Assembly: GCA_963555755.3 (NCBI GenBank)
Contig: OY820905.2
Location: 480,001-544,000 of the forward strand
DNA length: 64,000 bases
Direction of reading: 5' to 3'
Origin: Nitrospirales bacterium
GTDB taxonomy: Bacteria; Nitrospirota; Nitrospiria; Nitrospirales; UBA8639
Below, in pieces: positions 1 through 11,076 of this stretch. Numbering within the stretch: the stretch's first letter is position 1; every line of letters starts with the position of its first letter. The position numbers and the translations under genes were made by a program. The notes beneath the pieces are model-generated. The model worked only from the letters and a program-made list of their open reading frames with translations. It was not told where the DNA came from and ran no database searches.

Positions 1-1418
1 TGGTTCCGGCCAAATCAGAAGTGGTGCCGAGCGAGGTCAAAACGCATACACAGGTCACGAAAAACATTACCCTCAATATTCCACTACTCAGTGCCGCAAT
101 GGATACCGTCACAGAAGGGCGATTAGCCATTGCGCTGGCACGAGAAGGGGGGATTGGGGTTATTCACCGAGCCATTTCTCCCGAGGCCCAGGCCCTGGAA
201 GTGGATAAGGTGAAAAAATCAGAAAGTGGCATGATCCTGGATCCCATTACGATTTCTCCAAACCAAACCATTCGGGATGCTCACCACATCATGTCTACCT
301 ACCGCATTTCAGGGGTTCCGGTGACCCAGGACAAAAAGTTAGTGGGGATTTTGACGAATCGCGATCTCCGTTTTGAATCGAGAATGGATCTCACTGTTTC
401 TCAGATTATGACGCGCAAGAATCTTGTCACCGTTCCCGTAGGGATCACCTTGACCAAAGCCCGTGAAATTCTTCATGAGCATCGGATTGAAAAACTTCCA
501 GTGGTGAATGACGCGTTTGAACTCAAGGGCCTCATCACCATCAAAGATATTCAAAAACAAATTCAATATCCCACAGCGTGTAAGGATAAGCATGGGCGAT
601 TACGTGTTGCCGCAGCAGTTGGTGTTGGCGAGGATGTTGAGGAGCGGGTCGAGCGGCTGATGAAAGCCGGGATTGATATGATTGTCGTCGATACGGCGCA
701 TGGACATTCGCAGAGCGTGATCGATACGGTGAAATATATTAAAAAACACTATCCCGACATGGATGTGCTCGCCGGAAATATTGCGACGGCTGAAGCAGCC
801 AAAGACTTAGCTGATGTTGGGGCCGATGCCGTCAAGGTGGGGGTGGGCCCAGGGTCGATCTGTACCACACGCATTGTGTCTGGGGCCGGGGTGCCGCAGT
901 TAACGGCTATTGCCGATTGCGCGGAAGCCCTGACTGGAACAGGAATCCCAGTCCTGGCCGATGGTGGAATAAAATATTCAGGAGATATTACCAAGGCGCT
1001 CGCTTCAGGGGGCTCTGCGGTGATGATTGGGTCGTTATTTGCTGGAACGGAAGAATCTCCTGGCGAAACCGTCCTCTATCAAGGTCGAACCTACAAGGAA
1101 TATCGTGGAATGGGATCCCTGGGCGCACTCCAACGAGGGGGGCGGGATCGATACCAACAAGAAGGCCAAGCTCCAGGTAAACTTGTTCCTGAAGGAATTG
1201 AGGGGAGGGTCCCGTTCAAAGGGCCTTTGTCGGATGTGGTCTATCAGTTGGTTGGTGGCTTGAAGTCCGGCATGGGATATTGTGGATGCCGATCTCTTTC
1301 CGAATTGCAACAAAAGGCCCAGTTTATTCGATTAACGCAAGCCGGATTACGGGAAGGCCATGTCCATGATGTCGTCATCACTAAGGAAGCACCCAACTAC
1401 AGGGCCGATGTTGAATGA
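1..1418 (+). CDS. guaB: IMP dehydrogenase (5' end outside the window)
   Basis: [14 protein letters not shown] pair, [11 protein letters not shown] catalytic Cys motif, PEGIEG; reading frame is open from base 3. Confidence 0.97.
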   Translation, partial: VPAKSEVVPSEVKTHTQVTKNITLNIPLLSAAMDTVTEGRLAIALAREGGIGVIHRAISPEAQALEVDKVKKSESGMILDPITISPNQTIRDAHHIMSTYRISGVPVTQDKKLVGILTNRDLRFESRMDLTVSQIMTRKNLVTVPVGITLTKAREILHEHRIEKLPVVNDAFELKGLITIKDIQKQIQYPTACKDKHGRLRVAAAVGVGEDVEERVERLMKAGIDMIVVDTAHGHSQSVIDTVKYIKKHYPDMDVLAGNIATAEAAKDLADVGADAVKVGVGPGSICTTRIVSGAGVPQLTAIADCAEALTGTGIPVLADGGIKYSGDITKALASGGSAVMIGSLFAGTEESPGETVLYQGRTYKEYRGMGSLGALQRGGRDRYQQEGQAPGKLVPEGIEGRVPFKGPLSDVVYQLVGGLKSGMGYCGCRSLSELQQKAQFIRLTQAGLREGHVHDVVITKEAPNYRADVE

Positions 1419-1421
1419 AAA

Positions 1422-1512
1422 CCGTGATGCGTGAAGCGTAATGCGTAAAGCGTAAAAAAAAACTTTTTGTTTTTCCCCTTACGCATTACGCATCACGGCT
1501 TACGCATCACGA
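1422..1512. repeat. Inverted arrays of heptamer repeats (GCGTRAW / TTACGCA), hairpin-forming
   Basis: cgtgatg-cgtgaag-cgtaatg-cgtaaag followed by ttacgca-ttacgca-tcacggc-ttacgca-tcacg. Confidence 0.75.
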
Positions 1513-1579
1513 TTTCCCCAATAATTAGATTGTCCTTCATGCGCAGGACTCCACAACATTGTAAATTTGCAGACCATCC

Positions 1580-3133
1580 ATGGCGTCCTGTCACGATACG
1601 ATTGTTATTCTTGACTTTGGGTCTCAGTACACCCAATTAATTGCGCGTCGTATTCGCGAAACCCGCGTTCACTCTGTCATTCTTCCTGCCTCAGCATCCC
1701 TTCATACGATTCGTGAACATCGACCCAAAGGGGTTATTCTTTCCGGTGGACCGGCGAGTGTCACACGTGTCGGACGACCACGTTGGGCCAAGGAGATTTT
1801 GCAAGAAGACGTGCCCATCCTTGGGATTTGCTATGGCATGCAGTTGGTGGCGCATTACATGGGAGGGAAAGTCGGGCAGGCCAAACGGCGAGAGTTCGGG
1901 CGGGCGGAGTTGCAGATTCTTGATGGCTCGGACCTGTTCAAGGGACTCGATAAAAAAGGGCCATTCTCGGTGTGGATGTCGCACGGAGACTGGATAGAAA
2001 AGTTGCCTACAGGGTTTACACCAATTGCCAGGACGGAAAACTCTCCCATCGCGGCCATGAAATCGGCCAATCATCAACATCGCTTCTTCTGTCTGCAATT
2101 TCATCCGGAAGTCGCCCACACGGTTCACGGGAAACACATTCTGAAGAATTTTGTGCAGGGAATCTGTGGCGCCAAGGCCACCTGGACGATGGGGTCTTTT
2201 CTAAAAAATTCAATTGCCGATATTCGCACCCAAGTTGGTCGGGACAAGGTGATCTGTGGGTTGAGTGGGGGAGTGGATAGCATGGTGGCTGCGGCTATGA
2301 CTCATCGAGCCATTGGAAAACAGTTGACCTGTGTCTTCATTGATAATGGCGTGATGCGAAAGGATGAAGTCAAGCAACTCAGAAAGGTATTTGGTACGCA
2401 ACATTTTCAGTATCGGATGGTCGATGCATCGGCACGATTTTTGAAGGCGTTAGGTCGAACCAGCGACCCTGAAAAAAAACGAAAAATTATTGGTCGACAA
2501 TTTATTGAAGTCTTTGATCACGAAGCCAAAAAGATTGGGAAGGTTCGCTATCTTGTTCAAGGCACCTTATATCCCGACGTCATTGAAAGCGTGAGTCAGA
2601 CAGGCCCGTCTGCCACGATTAAAACGCATCATAATGTGGGGGGCTTGCCAGCAAAAATGAAATTGAAGCTGATCGAACCGCTTCGAGAGCTCTTTAAAGA
2701 TGAAGTGCGAGGGCTGGGAAAGGAATTAGGGTTGCCCGATGACCTGGTTCTTCGGCATCCCTTCCCCGGGCCTGGGTTAGCGATTCGGGTGTTGGGCGCT
2801 GTGACTCCTGAGCGATTGGCAATCCTTCGTGACGCGGATGTCATTTTTATTGACGCGTTACACACACATGGTCTGTACCGTAAAACGTGGCAAGCCTTTG
2901 CCGTCTTGTTGCCCATTCGGACCGTTGGCGTGATGGGTGACCGACGAACGTATGAACATGTCATCGGTTTGAGAGCTGTGACAAGTGTTGATGGGATGAC
3001 TGCTGATTGGGCTCAATTGCCACATGAATTTTTAGGTAAAGTTTCCAATCGGATCATCAACGAAGTGAAAGGCGTCAACCGAGTGGTCTACGATATTAGC
3101 TCCAAACCACCAAGTACGATTGAATGGGAATGA
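1580..3133 (+). CDS. guaA: GMP synthase (glutamine-hydrolysing)
   Basis: [34 protein letters not shown]-terminal KPPSTIEWE. Confidence 0.98.
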   Translation: MASCHDTIVILDFGSQYTQLIARRIRETRVHSVILPASASLHTIREHRPKGVILSGGPASVTRVGRPRWAKEILQEDVPILGICYGMQLVAHYMGGKVGQAKRREFGRAELQILDGSDLFKGLDKKGPFSVWMSHGDWIEKLPTGFTPIARTENSPIAAMKSANHQHRFFCLQFHPEVAHTVHGKHILKNFVQGICGAKATWTMGSFLKNSIADIRTQVGRDKVICGLSGGVDSMVAAAMTHRAIGKQLTCVFIDNGVMRKDEVKQLRKVFGTQHFQYRMVDASARFLKALGRTSDPEKKRKIIGRQFIEVFDHEAKKIGKVRYLVQGTLYPDVIESVSQTGPSATIKTHHNVGGLPAKMKLKLIEPLRELFKDEVRGLGKELGLPDDLVLRHPFPGPGLAIRVLGAVTPERLAILRDADVIFIDALHTHGLYRKTWQAFAVLLPIRTVGVMGDRRTYEHVIGLRAVTSVDGMTADWAQLPHEFLGKVSNRIINEVKGVNRVVYDISSKPPSTIEWE

Positions 3134-4437
3134 GCAAAACATCAGAAACAAGTGTTCGCCTTCAAAAAGTCATTGCCGCGAGTGGGTTAAGTTCGCGACG
3201 AGCGGCGGAAACGTTGATTCGAGAGGGAAAAGTGACGGTGAATGGCGAGGTCGTGCGCTTGATTGGAACCTGTATTAATCCTGTGATTGATCACGTTAAG
3301 GTCGATGGAACCCATATTGAAACCGCCGAGCCAGAGGTTTTTGTCTTACTCAATAAGCCACCAGGTTGTGTCACAACCATGAACGATCCTTTGGGCCGCG
3401 GCACAGTTGCCGATCTATTGGGTCGCGTAAGAGTACGCGTCTTTCCAGTCGGCCGTCTAGATTTTGATGCTGAAGGTCTTTTACTCCTCACGAATAATGG
3501 CATGATTGCTCAAGCCTGCCTCCATCCTCGCTATCATGTGCCCAAAACCTATGTGATCAAGGTATCGGGTGTGTTTTCGGATGAAGAAATCAAAATGCTG
3601 AAAGAAGGGGTGGCGCTGGAGGATGGAGTGACTTCGCCGGCAGATGTGAAAAAAGCTGGAAAAGCCAAATCTAATTCTTGGCTAGAAATCACCATTCGCG
3701 AGGGAAAGAAACACCAAATTAAACGGATGGTCGAAGCCTGCGGACATCGGGTCCTGCGAATCAAGCGTACACGCTTTGGCCCACTCCAATTACGTGGCTT
3801 AGCACCTGGCACCTTTCGCTATGCAACAGATGCCGAAGCCAATGCCTTGCGGGCCATTCTTCATCGATCCACGACGGAGGAAAAACCTCGCTCTCCACGT
3901 GCCAAGCCATACTTGAAAAATCGTGTAAAACCTAGCGATACTTCCTCCTCTAAAATGCCACGAAAGCCGTTGAAAAAACTCTTCCCACGTGATGCGGCGA
4001 AGCCGCGATTCACTTCAGCAAAAAGACCAACTGGTACAGGAAAATTTGGTCGACAGGGTTTATCAAAAAGACCCTTGAGTCCGCGAGTAGCTTCAAGGAA
4101 GGCTCAACCGGCCAAAGGAAATGATAGACGCTCGGGCTTACCGAAAAGACCATTCAACCAGCGAGGGGATTCCACTAAAGCTCCAAGAACCTCGGGGAAC
4201 GCAAAACGTTCAAGTTTCTCGAGAAGACCGTTGAGTTCGCGAGGGGCTTCTGGGAGAGTTCAAACAACGAAGGGAGGTGGTAGGCCGTTCGCCTTCCCCA
4301 AAAGATCGTCGAAGCCAGGAGTGGCGTCTGCCAAAGGTCATACACGTAAGGGTCCGAGTGGCCGATCCACCTTCTCGAAAAGAGGATCGGCTCCAATAAG
4401 AAAAACGGCAACCAAACGGCGAGCACCAAAAAGATAG
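3130..4437 (+). CDS. rluB: 23S rRNA pseudouridine synthase (RluB/RsuA family) with long basic repetitive C-terminal tail
   Basis: S4 domain [34 protein letters not shown] overlaps the guaA stop (ATGA). Confidence 0.9.
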   Translation: MSKTSETSVRLQKVIAASGLSSRRAAETLIREGKVTVNGEVVRLIGTCINPVIDHVKVDGTHIETAEPEVFVLLNKPPGCVTTMNDPLGRGTVADLLGRVRVRVFPVGRLDFDAEGLLLLTNNGMIAQACLHPRYHVPKTYVIKVSGVFSDEEIKMLKEGVALEDGVTSPADVKKAGKAKSNSWLEITIREGKKHQIKRMVEACGHRVLRIKRTRFGPLQLRGLAPGTFRYATDAEANALRAILHRSTTEEKPRSPRAKPYLKNRVKPSDTSSSKMPRKPLKKLFPRDAAKPRFTSAKRPTGTGKFGRQGLSKRPLSPRVASRKAQPAKGNDRRSGLPKRPFNQRGDSTKAPRTSGNAKRSSFSRRPLSSRGASGRVQTTKGGGRPFAFPKRSSKPGVASAKGHTRKGPSGRSTFSKRGSAPIRKTATKRRAPKR

Positions 4438-4446
4438 AGGACGAGA

Positions 4447-6207
4447 GTGACACGAACACATACTTGTGGTGAATTGACCGGAACACATGTTGGCCACACT
4501 GTGACGCTCATGGGCTGGGTCCATGGTCGTCGCGACCATGGAGGAGTGTTATTTATAGATGTGCGGGATCGCTATGGCGTAACCCAACTCGTGTTTGATG
4601 TCGAGAAAGAGGCATCCATTCACAGTCAGGCAAATGATTTACGAAACGAGTATGTCATCGCTGCAACCGGGCAGGTCAGAATTCGTCCTGAAGAATCCCT
4701 GAATCCTCAATTGGCAACCGGGGAAATTGAAATTGAAGTCTCCACGCTGACCGTTCTCAATCAGTCCAAAACGCCACCCTTCCTCATTGAAGACGATGTT
4801 GATGCGACAGAATCTATCCGCCTCAAACATCGCTATCTCGACCTGCGACGTCCAAGGATGCAGCAATTGCTTCAGCTTCGTCATGATGTGACCTACCACG
4901 TGCGTCAACATCTTCATCAACGCGGGTTTCTTGAAGTGGAGACTCCCATTCTTACCAAAAGTACGCCGGAAGGCGCACGGGACTACCTGGTTCCGAGTCG
5001 AGTAAATCCCGGAGAGTTTTTCGCACTTCCACAATCGCCGCAATTGTTCAAGCAAATCCTCATGGTTGGTGGGACCGATCGATATTTTCAAATTGCGCGC
5101 TGCTTTCGGGACGAAGACCTCCGCCTCGATCGACAACCAGAGTTTACGCAAATTGATATAGAAATGTCGTTTGTACAGCAGGATGATATTTTGGCGTTGG
5201 GCGAAGAGCTCATTGCTACAGTGTGCAAGGAAGCCGCGGGCATTACTTTGCCGACTCCATTCCCGCGCTTGACCTATCAAGAAGCCTTGGACCGTTATGG
5301 AACGGATAAACCCGATCGGCGATTTGATCTTGAACTTCGAAATTTAAATGAAGTGGCCAAGCACGTGGAGTTCAAAGTTTTTCGCAATACCGTTGAATCC
5401 GGTGGGTTGGTAGGGGGCTTAGTCGTGAAAGGAGGCGGGCAAATTGCTCGAAACCAAATCGATCGCTTGATTGATGTGGCCAAAGGTTTTGGGGCAAAAG
5501 GGTTAGCCTGGGTCAAAATTACCGAGGGGTGGAAGCTCGATTCCGCCATTGCCAAATTCCTCAAGGCCGAACCGTTTCAACACGCGCTTCCCGATGCCGA
5601 ACCGGGTGATCTCATGCTATTTATCGCTGACAAACCCGCCGTGACCTATGACGTGTTAGGTCGACTCAGGTTACATCTTGGCGAAGAATTGAAGTTGGTG
5701 GATCGTGAACGATGGGAACCGTTGTGGATCACGGACTTTCCTTTGCTGGAATATGACGAAGGGGAGCGTCGATACGTGGCACTCCATCATCCGTTCACCG
5801 GACCATTTGCCGAAGACCTTTCCCAATTAGAGACCAACCCCCTCGACGTTCGTGCTCAGGCCTATGACATGGTGCTGAATGGATTCGAAATAGGCGGGGG
5901 AAGTATTCGTATTCATCAACGCGATGTGCAGCAAAAAATGTTTGATCTCTTGGGTATCACAAAAGATGCGGCTCAAGAAAAGTTTGGGTTCCTGCTCGAC
6001 GCGCTGGATTACGGCGCCCCACCCCATGGCGGCATTGCGTTTGGATTGGATCGATTGCTCATGCTTCTTGGCAAAACCGAATCCATTCGAGATGTCATAC
6101 CCTTCCCCAAAACCCAAAAAGCCCAGTGCATGATGACCGAAGCACCATCATCCGTGAGCCAGGCACAACTCAAAGACCTTCGAATAAAGCTTGATTTGGA
6201 TAGTTGA
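4447..6207 (+). CDS. aspS: Aspartate--tRNA ligase (RRDHGG suggests non-discriminating type)
   Basis: RTHTCG, LPQSPQLFKQ, CFRDED, GGGSIRIH, PPHGGIAFGLDR. Confidence 0.97.
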   Translation: MTRTHTCGELTGTHVGHTVTLMGWVHGRRDHGGVLFIDVRDRYGVTQLVFDVEKEASIHSQANDLRNEYVIAATGQVRIRPEESLNPQLATGEIEIEVSTLTVLNQSKTPPFLIEDDVDATESIRLKHRYLDLRRPRMQQLLQLRHDVTYHVRQHLHQRGFLEVETPILTKSTPEGARDYLVPSRVNPGEFFALPQSPQLFKQILMVGGTDRYFQIARCFRDEDLRLDRQPEFTQIDIEMSFVQQDDILALGEELIATVCKEAAGITLPTPFPRLTYQEALDRYGTDKPDRRFDLELRNLNEVAKHVEFKVFRNTVESGGLVGGLVVKGGGQIARNQIDRLIDVAKGFGAKGLAWVKITEGWKLDSAIAKFLKAEPFQHALPDAEPGDLMLFIADKPAVTYDVLGRLRLHLGEELKLVDRERWEPLWITDFPLLEYDEGERRYVALHHPFTGPFAEDLSQLETNPLDVRAQAYDMVLNGFEIGGGSIRIHQRDVQQKMFDLLGITKDAAQEKFGFLLDALDYGAPPHGGIAFGLDRLLMLLGKTESIRDVIPFPKTQKAQCMMTEAPSSVSQAQLKDLRIKLDLDS

Positions 6208-6228
6208 AAGTCTTGCGCGAGACCTAAG

Positions 6229-7254
6229 TCAGGCGGGTGCAGCTTGGGCTTTATAGACATTCACCACGATGCTATGGAGGCCGGTGGCGCCATTGGGTTG
6301 AGGTCGGGTAATTTCTGAGGTTTGGACTTTACCAGTGGTGTCGATGGCACGGACGAAGACCAACGTTTTTTGAGGCGGCACATCCTTCCAGTGATAATTC
6401 CAGATCACCCAAGACCATGGTGAATGGGGTGGTTCAATCTCCGCTTCAACCCAGGTTTTTTCTTGATCAAAACTCAGTTGAACGTTCGAAATCGAATGTG
6501 GCCCTCCGAACGCAATTCCCCGAAAGTGAATGTTGGGGCCGGGTACGTCCTGATAATGTCCAGGACTATCGAAGCGTGAAAAAATGTGGATCGTTCCCTC
6601 ATCGGTCCACCCCTTGCGTTGCCAATAGCCTTGATAGTCGCCGTTGTAGACCTCAATCTCGGTGATCCATTTTACGTTTTTTATTCCATACAATCCTGGC
6701 ACCAGGAGTCGCACGGGAAAACCATGAGCCTTCGGAAGCTTCTCACCGTTCATAAGATAGGCGAGCATGACTTCATCTTGCATCGCACGTTCAAACGGGA
6801 TGCTATCATGATAGGCATCCGCTCCTCGAAAAATCACATCGCGCGCCGTTTCGGCATCCGCCCCGGCTTCAAGTAACAATTCTTTTAAAGAAATGCCTCG
6901 CCAAATGGCGTTGCTGATGCTCGATCCGCCAGGAAGGGTATCAATGCATATCAACGTTGAGACTTGGGTAAACGATCGACGATTCAACAGGTCACGCCAA
7001 CGTAAAACCATCCGATTCGAAACCGCCCCTTTGATCACCATCTGCCATTGTTCTTGATCCAAGTCCCGCGACAAGTTGTACGGAGAGTCCATGTAATTGA
7101 CGGTGTAAAACTGATCATTCGGCGTGAAATACAGCGTGTCGCGAGCCGGCACCGCAAACATGCTGCCGAGATCACACCCACTGGTAATGCTGGTGAGCCC
7201 AGCGAGGGCGCTAAATCCACCGAGTTGAAAAAGCTTGCGACGAGTTAAATCCAT
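6229..7254 (-). CDS. Sulfite oxidase-family molybdopterin oxidoreductase, probable Tat lipoprotein
   Basis: TRRKLF Tat motif, TSGC lipobox, TLIC Mo-ligand Cys, HGFPVRLLVPGLYGIKNVKW, GYWQRKGW, Ig-like C-terminal domain. Confidence 0.85.
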   Translation of the reverse strand: MDLTRRKLFQLGGFSALAGLTSITSGCDLGSMFAVPARDTLYFTPNDQFYTVNYMDSPYNLSRDLDQEQWQMVIKGAVSNRMVLRWRDLLNRRSFTQVSTLICIDTLPGGSSISNAIWRGISLKELLLEAGADAETARDVIFRGADAYHDSIPFERAMQDEVMLAYLMNGEKLPKAHGFPVRLLVPGLYGIKNVKWITEIEVYNGDYQGYWQRKGWTDEGTIHIFSRFDSPGHYQDVPGPNIHFRGIAFGGPHSISNVQLSFDQEKTWVEAEIEPPHSPWSWVIWNYHWKDVPPQKTLVFVRAIDTTGKVQTSEITRPQPNGATGLHSIVVNVYKAQAAPA

Positions 7255-7580
7255 ACCAAAGAACTTGTGGTGAGTAGCTAATTCCTAAATAAGATATCCA
7301 TGTATATTTAAATTATGACCGAGAACATGCAGGGCTGCAAGGCCTCATCACCACCGAGGTGAACACGACTTTTTGTATTTCACCATGCACACCAATATCT
7401 AACACGGCATTTTTTACGCCCAACTGCCGTTTCTAGGTTCAAGCAAGGCAGGCTCGTATAGTCCAGCGGAAAGAGGTGGAGAAACAGTTCCAGGTCTCCT
7501 GTTCAGTCAAGGATTTTTCCATAAATTCACCACTCGTGCTTTCGAAGATGAGGCTCTCTCGCATTTGCCCGATCTGATTC

Positions 7581-7769
7581 TTACGCCTGGTGATGAAGGC
7601 CCTCGGTGACCTCTTCGTACACGCTCCGTCGATGCCCTATTGCCATGACTCGAATCACTTTATGCCTGCGATCAATAGCGTACACAATGCGAAATCGTTT
7701 GACGCGGTATTTCCACAATCCCTCCAATTCTTTGACAAGCGGTTCCCCCTCATTGGGATTTACGCATAA
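7581..7769 (-). pseudogene. RelE/ParE-family toxin, 5'-truncated by a Tn3 end
   Basis: GEPL..EL.GLWKYRV..FRIVYAID..V..IGHRRSVY motif; the frame runs into the Tn3 IR at 7770. Confidence 0.75.
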
Positions 7770-7807
7770 GGGGTCTAGCCCAACAAAGGTACACAAACGG
7801 CCATAGG
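7770..7807. mobile_element. Tn3-family 38-bp terminal inverted repeat
   Basis: GGGGTCTAGCCCAACAAAGGTACACAAACGGCCATAGG, 38 bp, starts GGGG, lies just beyond the tnpA stop. Confidence 0.75.
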
Positions 7808-7849
7808 ATTTCTTCAAGGTGCTTGTAAACTAGGATTGAAGACTGCTTC

Positions 7850-8210
7850 CTATACTTCCAAATTTTGAGCAGGCTGGCATGCTAATTTTGGGGGCTTGAT
7901 ACCGAAGGAATCCCTGAGTTTTTCATCTGAGAAGTCGTATTCGCCAAGAAGATTGATATGTGCCCAGGACATAGGGGAATGGGTCGCAATCGATAGGAGC
8001 AGGTTGTCTCGATTCTGTCCGCTTTCTATCCCCTCTAGTTTTTGTGAGAGATACAAGTAATTCCAACAAATAATGGCGTTTTTGATGAGCCGATTGCAGC
8101 TTTCTGCAATTTCCTGCTCCTCTTTTGCGGCATGAAGGAATTCCGTGGATTGCCAACAGCAATGGCACGCGTGAACCGATTAGCCAGCTCGACTTTGTTG
8201 AGTTGTTTTT
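7850..8210 (-). pseudogene. Tn3-family transposase C-terminal fragment (frameshifted)
   Basis: EKQLNKVE..N, LIKNAIICWNYLYL, SPMSWAHINLLGEYDF. Confidence 0.85.
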
Positions 8211-8357
8211 CGGATCATACAGAATTTATGGTTCTAGCATTTGAAATCTTGGGGGAAGGGGACTAAGCCGCAGAATATCTGCCAGGGTGAGCCGCACAGA
8301 TGCCCATTCGCCAAGTGAAGGGATCCCCCTCTTTGCCAAAGAGGGGTGAGGGGAGAT

Positions 8358-9733
8358 TGTAGTGGTCTAGTTGAATGGGACACCTGGAAAAGGGACAATA
8401 CCCATCAGGAGGGGTTCAATGGAAACAAGACGACGACAGTACACAGCCGCGTTCAAGCGCGACGCCGTGGCCCTGGTTATGGAACAAGGCTATACCCTGA
8501 CCCTAGCCGGCCAGAATTTAGGGATCACGGCCAAATTGCTCTCGCGCTGGAAGCGCGAACAGCAGCACCATCAGGACGCGGCCTTCCCCGGCCAGGGGCA
8601 TCAGACGCCCGAGCAATCCGAATTACGCATGTTACGCGAGGACAATCAGCGCCTACGGATGGAGCGCGACATCTTAAAAACAGCGACGGCCTTCTTCGCC
8701 ACCCACAACATCTGAGATATCCCTTCATTCACCGTGAACGGCAGACGTATCCTGTCCGGCTGCGCTGTGCCGTCTTCGAGGTGAGTGCCAGTGGGTATTA
8801 TCGGTTTGTGCAACGTGGAGGAGGCCGGGCGCAGGCAGATCCAGCGCTGATTCTTCAGGTTCAGCAACTCCATCGGGCCTCTCGTCGCAGCTAGGGCTCG
8901 CGCCGACTGAGTCAGGCCTTGCAACAGGCTGGGCATGCGATCGGTCGCGATCGGACACGGACCCTGATGCGCCAGGCGAATCTGAAGCCCACGGGCACAG
9001 GGCGGTGTCCGCAGACGACGGATAGCCGCCATGCCTTGCCCCTTGCCCCTAATATACTCAACCGGCAATTTACGGTCGCGGCGCCTAATCGAGTGGGGGG
9101 CAGTGATATCACCGCCCTCTGGACCCAGGAAGGGTGGCTGTATCTCGCGATTGTGGTGGAGCTGTTTTCCCGCAAAGTCGTGGGCTGGGCCTGTGCGGCC
9201 TCCATGGCGACGTGCTGAGTCTCGCAGGCCTTGCAGAGGGCCATTGGGCAACGTCACCCCAAGCCAGGGTTGCTCCATCACTCGGATCGCGGCAGTCAGT
9301 ATGCCAGTGCGGAGTATCAACAGCAGCTCCGGGACGCCGAGATGGGGTGCAGTATGAGTCGGAAGGGCAATTGCTATGACAATGCGGTTGTGGAACGGGT
9401 ATTCCGGAGCCTGAAAGAAGAAGGCTTCACGGAGGAACCACCCGACACACGGGCCGAGGCCACGCTAAGCGTGATTGATTACCTGGCGATGTTTTATAAT
9501 AGTGAGCGGCTTCACTCGACCTTGGGCTATCAGAGTCCCAATACGTTTGAGGCACAGGCGGCGAAGACCGATCAAGGGAATACTCCAGTATCAACCAAGC
9601 CGTGATCGGCCAGTGAGGGGCAAATATGGACGACAAATTTTTCCAACACCCAGGCCAAATCCTCAGCGAGGGCCGTCTGGGCTTATTCACACAATCCCCT
9701 TTTCTCCCTGTCCATTTTCACTGGACCACTACA
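8358..9733 (+). mobile_element. IS3-family element, complete ends, inactive orfB
   Basis: IRs TGTAGTGGTC.AGT / ACTGGACCACTACA; 3-bp GAT duplication (8355-8357, 9734-9736); orfA 8419-8715; orfB with HSDRGSQY and GNCYDNA but in-frame stops at 8892 and 9216. Confidence 0.92.
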
Positions 9734-9788
9734 GATTTCTCCCGTGCACCTCGGGCTAGGCAGGCGGGGTGACGTCACCCCGCCCGCC

Positions 9789-9823
9789 TCAAATCCTCCC
9801 TACCCCCCTTTGCAAAAGGGGGC
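9789..9823. repeat. REP-like palindrome; inverted partner of the copy at ~8323-8357 that the IS3 interrupts
   Basis: aaatcctccctacccccctttgcaaaaggggg vs cccctctttgccaaagaggggtgaggggagat|tt. Confidence 0.6.
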
Positions 9824-10026
9824 AGAAAAGGACCAACGGTTGCACCAACATGGGATTGATACCATTGTAGTCAGGATTGCGAATCGGTATGGGTAGAACC
9901 ATGTATTCGGTATGTTCCAGAACAACTTTCTGCCAAGGGAATGGATCGACAGTATTCAGCGCCCAAGGAGGAATGAGCGTGAGCGGCCAAAAGATCCAGA
10001 AGTCTAGGCCACTCTAACGCGGAAAA

Positions 10027-11075
10027 GGGGTCAAGTCACTTGCTTCATGATAAAAAAGTAGTTAGACGCTGGTCATGCCTCGACCTCCTCGGATGGAATA
10101 CGAGCATGCGGTGTATCATGTCATGAATCGTGGCCGGGCTCGGCACCCGGTGTTTCATGATGCCCGGTACTATCGAGCCTTTCTCGACACGTTGGCCGAG
10201 CTGCATACCCGCTTCCAGGGTGTGATTCATGCCTATTGCTTGATGGGCAATCACTATCATGTCTTGCTGGAAACTCCCAGGGCCAATCTCAGTCGCATGA
10301 TGCGCCATCTTAACGGGGTGTATACGCAACGGCATAATCGTCTCAAACGTACTGATGGCTCTTTGTTTCGAGGCCGCTATAAAGCCATTTTGGTGGAGCA
10401 CGATGCCTATTTGCTCCACGTGTCCCGGTATATCCATCGAAACCCTCTTGACGGCATACGGCCGCTGGTCACGAATTTGTCTGATTATCCCTGGTCGAGC
10501 TATCCGACATATATCGGTCAAGCGAAGCCGGCACCGTGGTTGTGCCGGGAACCGACGTATCGCCTGCTTGGGCATGTGCACCGGTATCGCGGGTATGCTC
10601 GCTACGTGCTAGAGGGCAACGATAAAGAAATCGAGTATTTTTACCAACGGGGTAATAGGGCGGCCATTATGGGAGGGCAGGAGTTCAAATCTTGGGTCTA
10701 TGACGAATTACTGCCGGATCTTGAAGCGGAGGAGAAAGGGCAGGTGATCCAGCCGAGTCTTGCAATCGACACTATGATCACTGGGGTGGCCAAGGCCTAT
10801 CGCACGACACCAGACCGGCTGACCATGGTAGTGAAAGGGCCGCAAAAAGGGAATGAGGCTCGGAAACTGGCGATGTATCTGTGTCAGGAATTAGCGGAGG
10901 TGAAACTTCAGGACATTGCGCCCTGCTTCAATCTGCGTCATAGCGGTTCGGTGAGTTTTATCACCCACCAGGTCAGAAAGAAGAAACGAGACGAGAAGGG
11001 ATTTGCCGCTAGAATGAACGAGGTGATTGAAAGTATTCTGAAGCAATCGACTTGACCCCTATTTTGACCCCTATT
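10027..11075 (+). mobile_element. Y1/HUH transposase element with GGGGTCA subterminal inverted repeats (STIR-type)
   Basis: GGGGTCAAGTCACTTGCTTCA (10027-10047) / TGAAGCAATCGACTTGACCCC (11039-11059), 19/21; 12-nt tandem TTGACCCCTATT at the right end. Confidence 0.7.
10075..11055 (+). CDS. REP-associated-type Y1 tyrosine transposase with C-terminal DnaA_C-like HTH
   Basis: YHVMNRG, YCLMGNHYH (HUH), LFRGRYK, YIHRNP, YPWSSY; C-terminal ARKLAMYLC..LQDIA..F..HSGSV. Confidence 0.88.
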   Translation: MPRPPRMEYEHAVYHVMNRGRARHPVFHDARYYRAFLDTLAELHTRFQGVIHAYCLMGNHYHVLLETPRANLSRMMRHLNGVYTQRHNRLKRTDGSLFRGRYKAILVEHDAYLLHVSRYIHRNPLDGIRPLVTNLSDYPWSSYPTYIGQAKPAPWLCREPTYRLLGHVHRYRGYARYVLEGNDKEIEYFYQRGNRAAIMGGQEFKSWVYDELLPDLEAEEKGQVIQPSLAIDTMITGVAKAYRTTPDRLTMVVKGPQKGNEARKLAMYLCQELAEVKLQDIAPCFNLRHSGSVSFITHQVRKKKRDEKGFAARMNEVIESILKQST

Positions 11076-11076
11076 T

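Larger units (their letters stand above)
8210..9920. mobile_element. Element bounded by 25-bp inverted termini (~332 bp once the nested IS3 is removed)
   Basis: TCGGATCATACAGAATTTATGGTTC (8210-8234) and inverted CTGGAACATACCGAATACATGGTTC (9920-9896), 19/25 identical. Confidence 0.55.
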
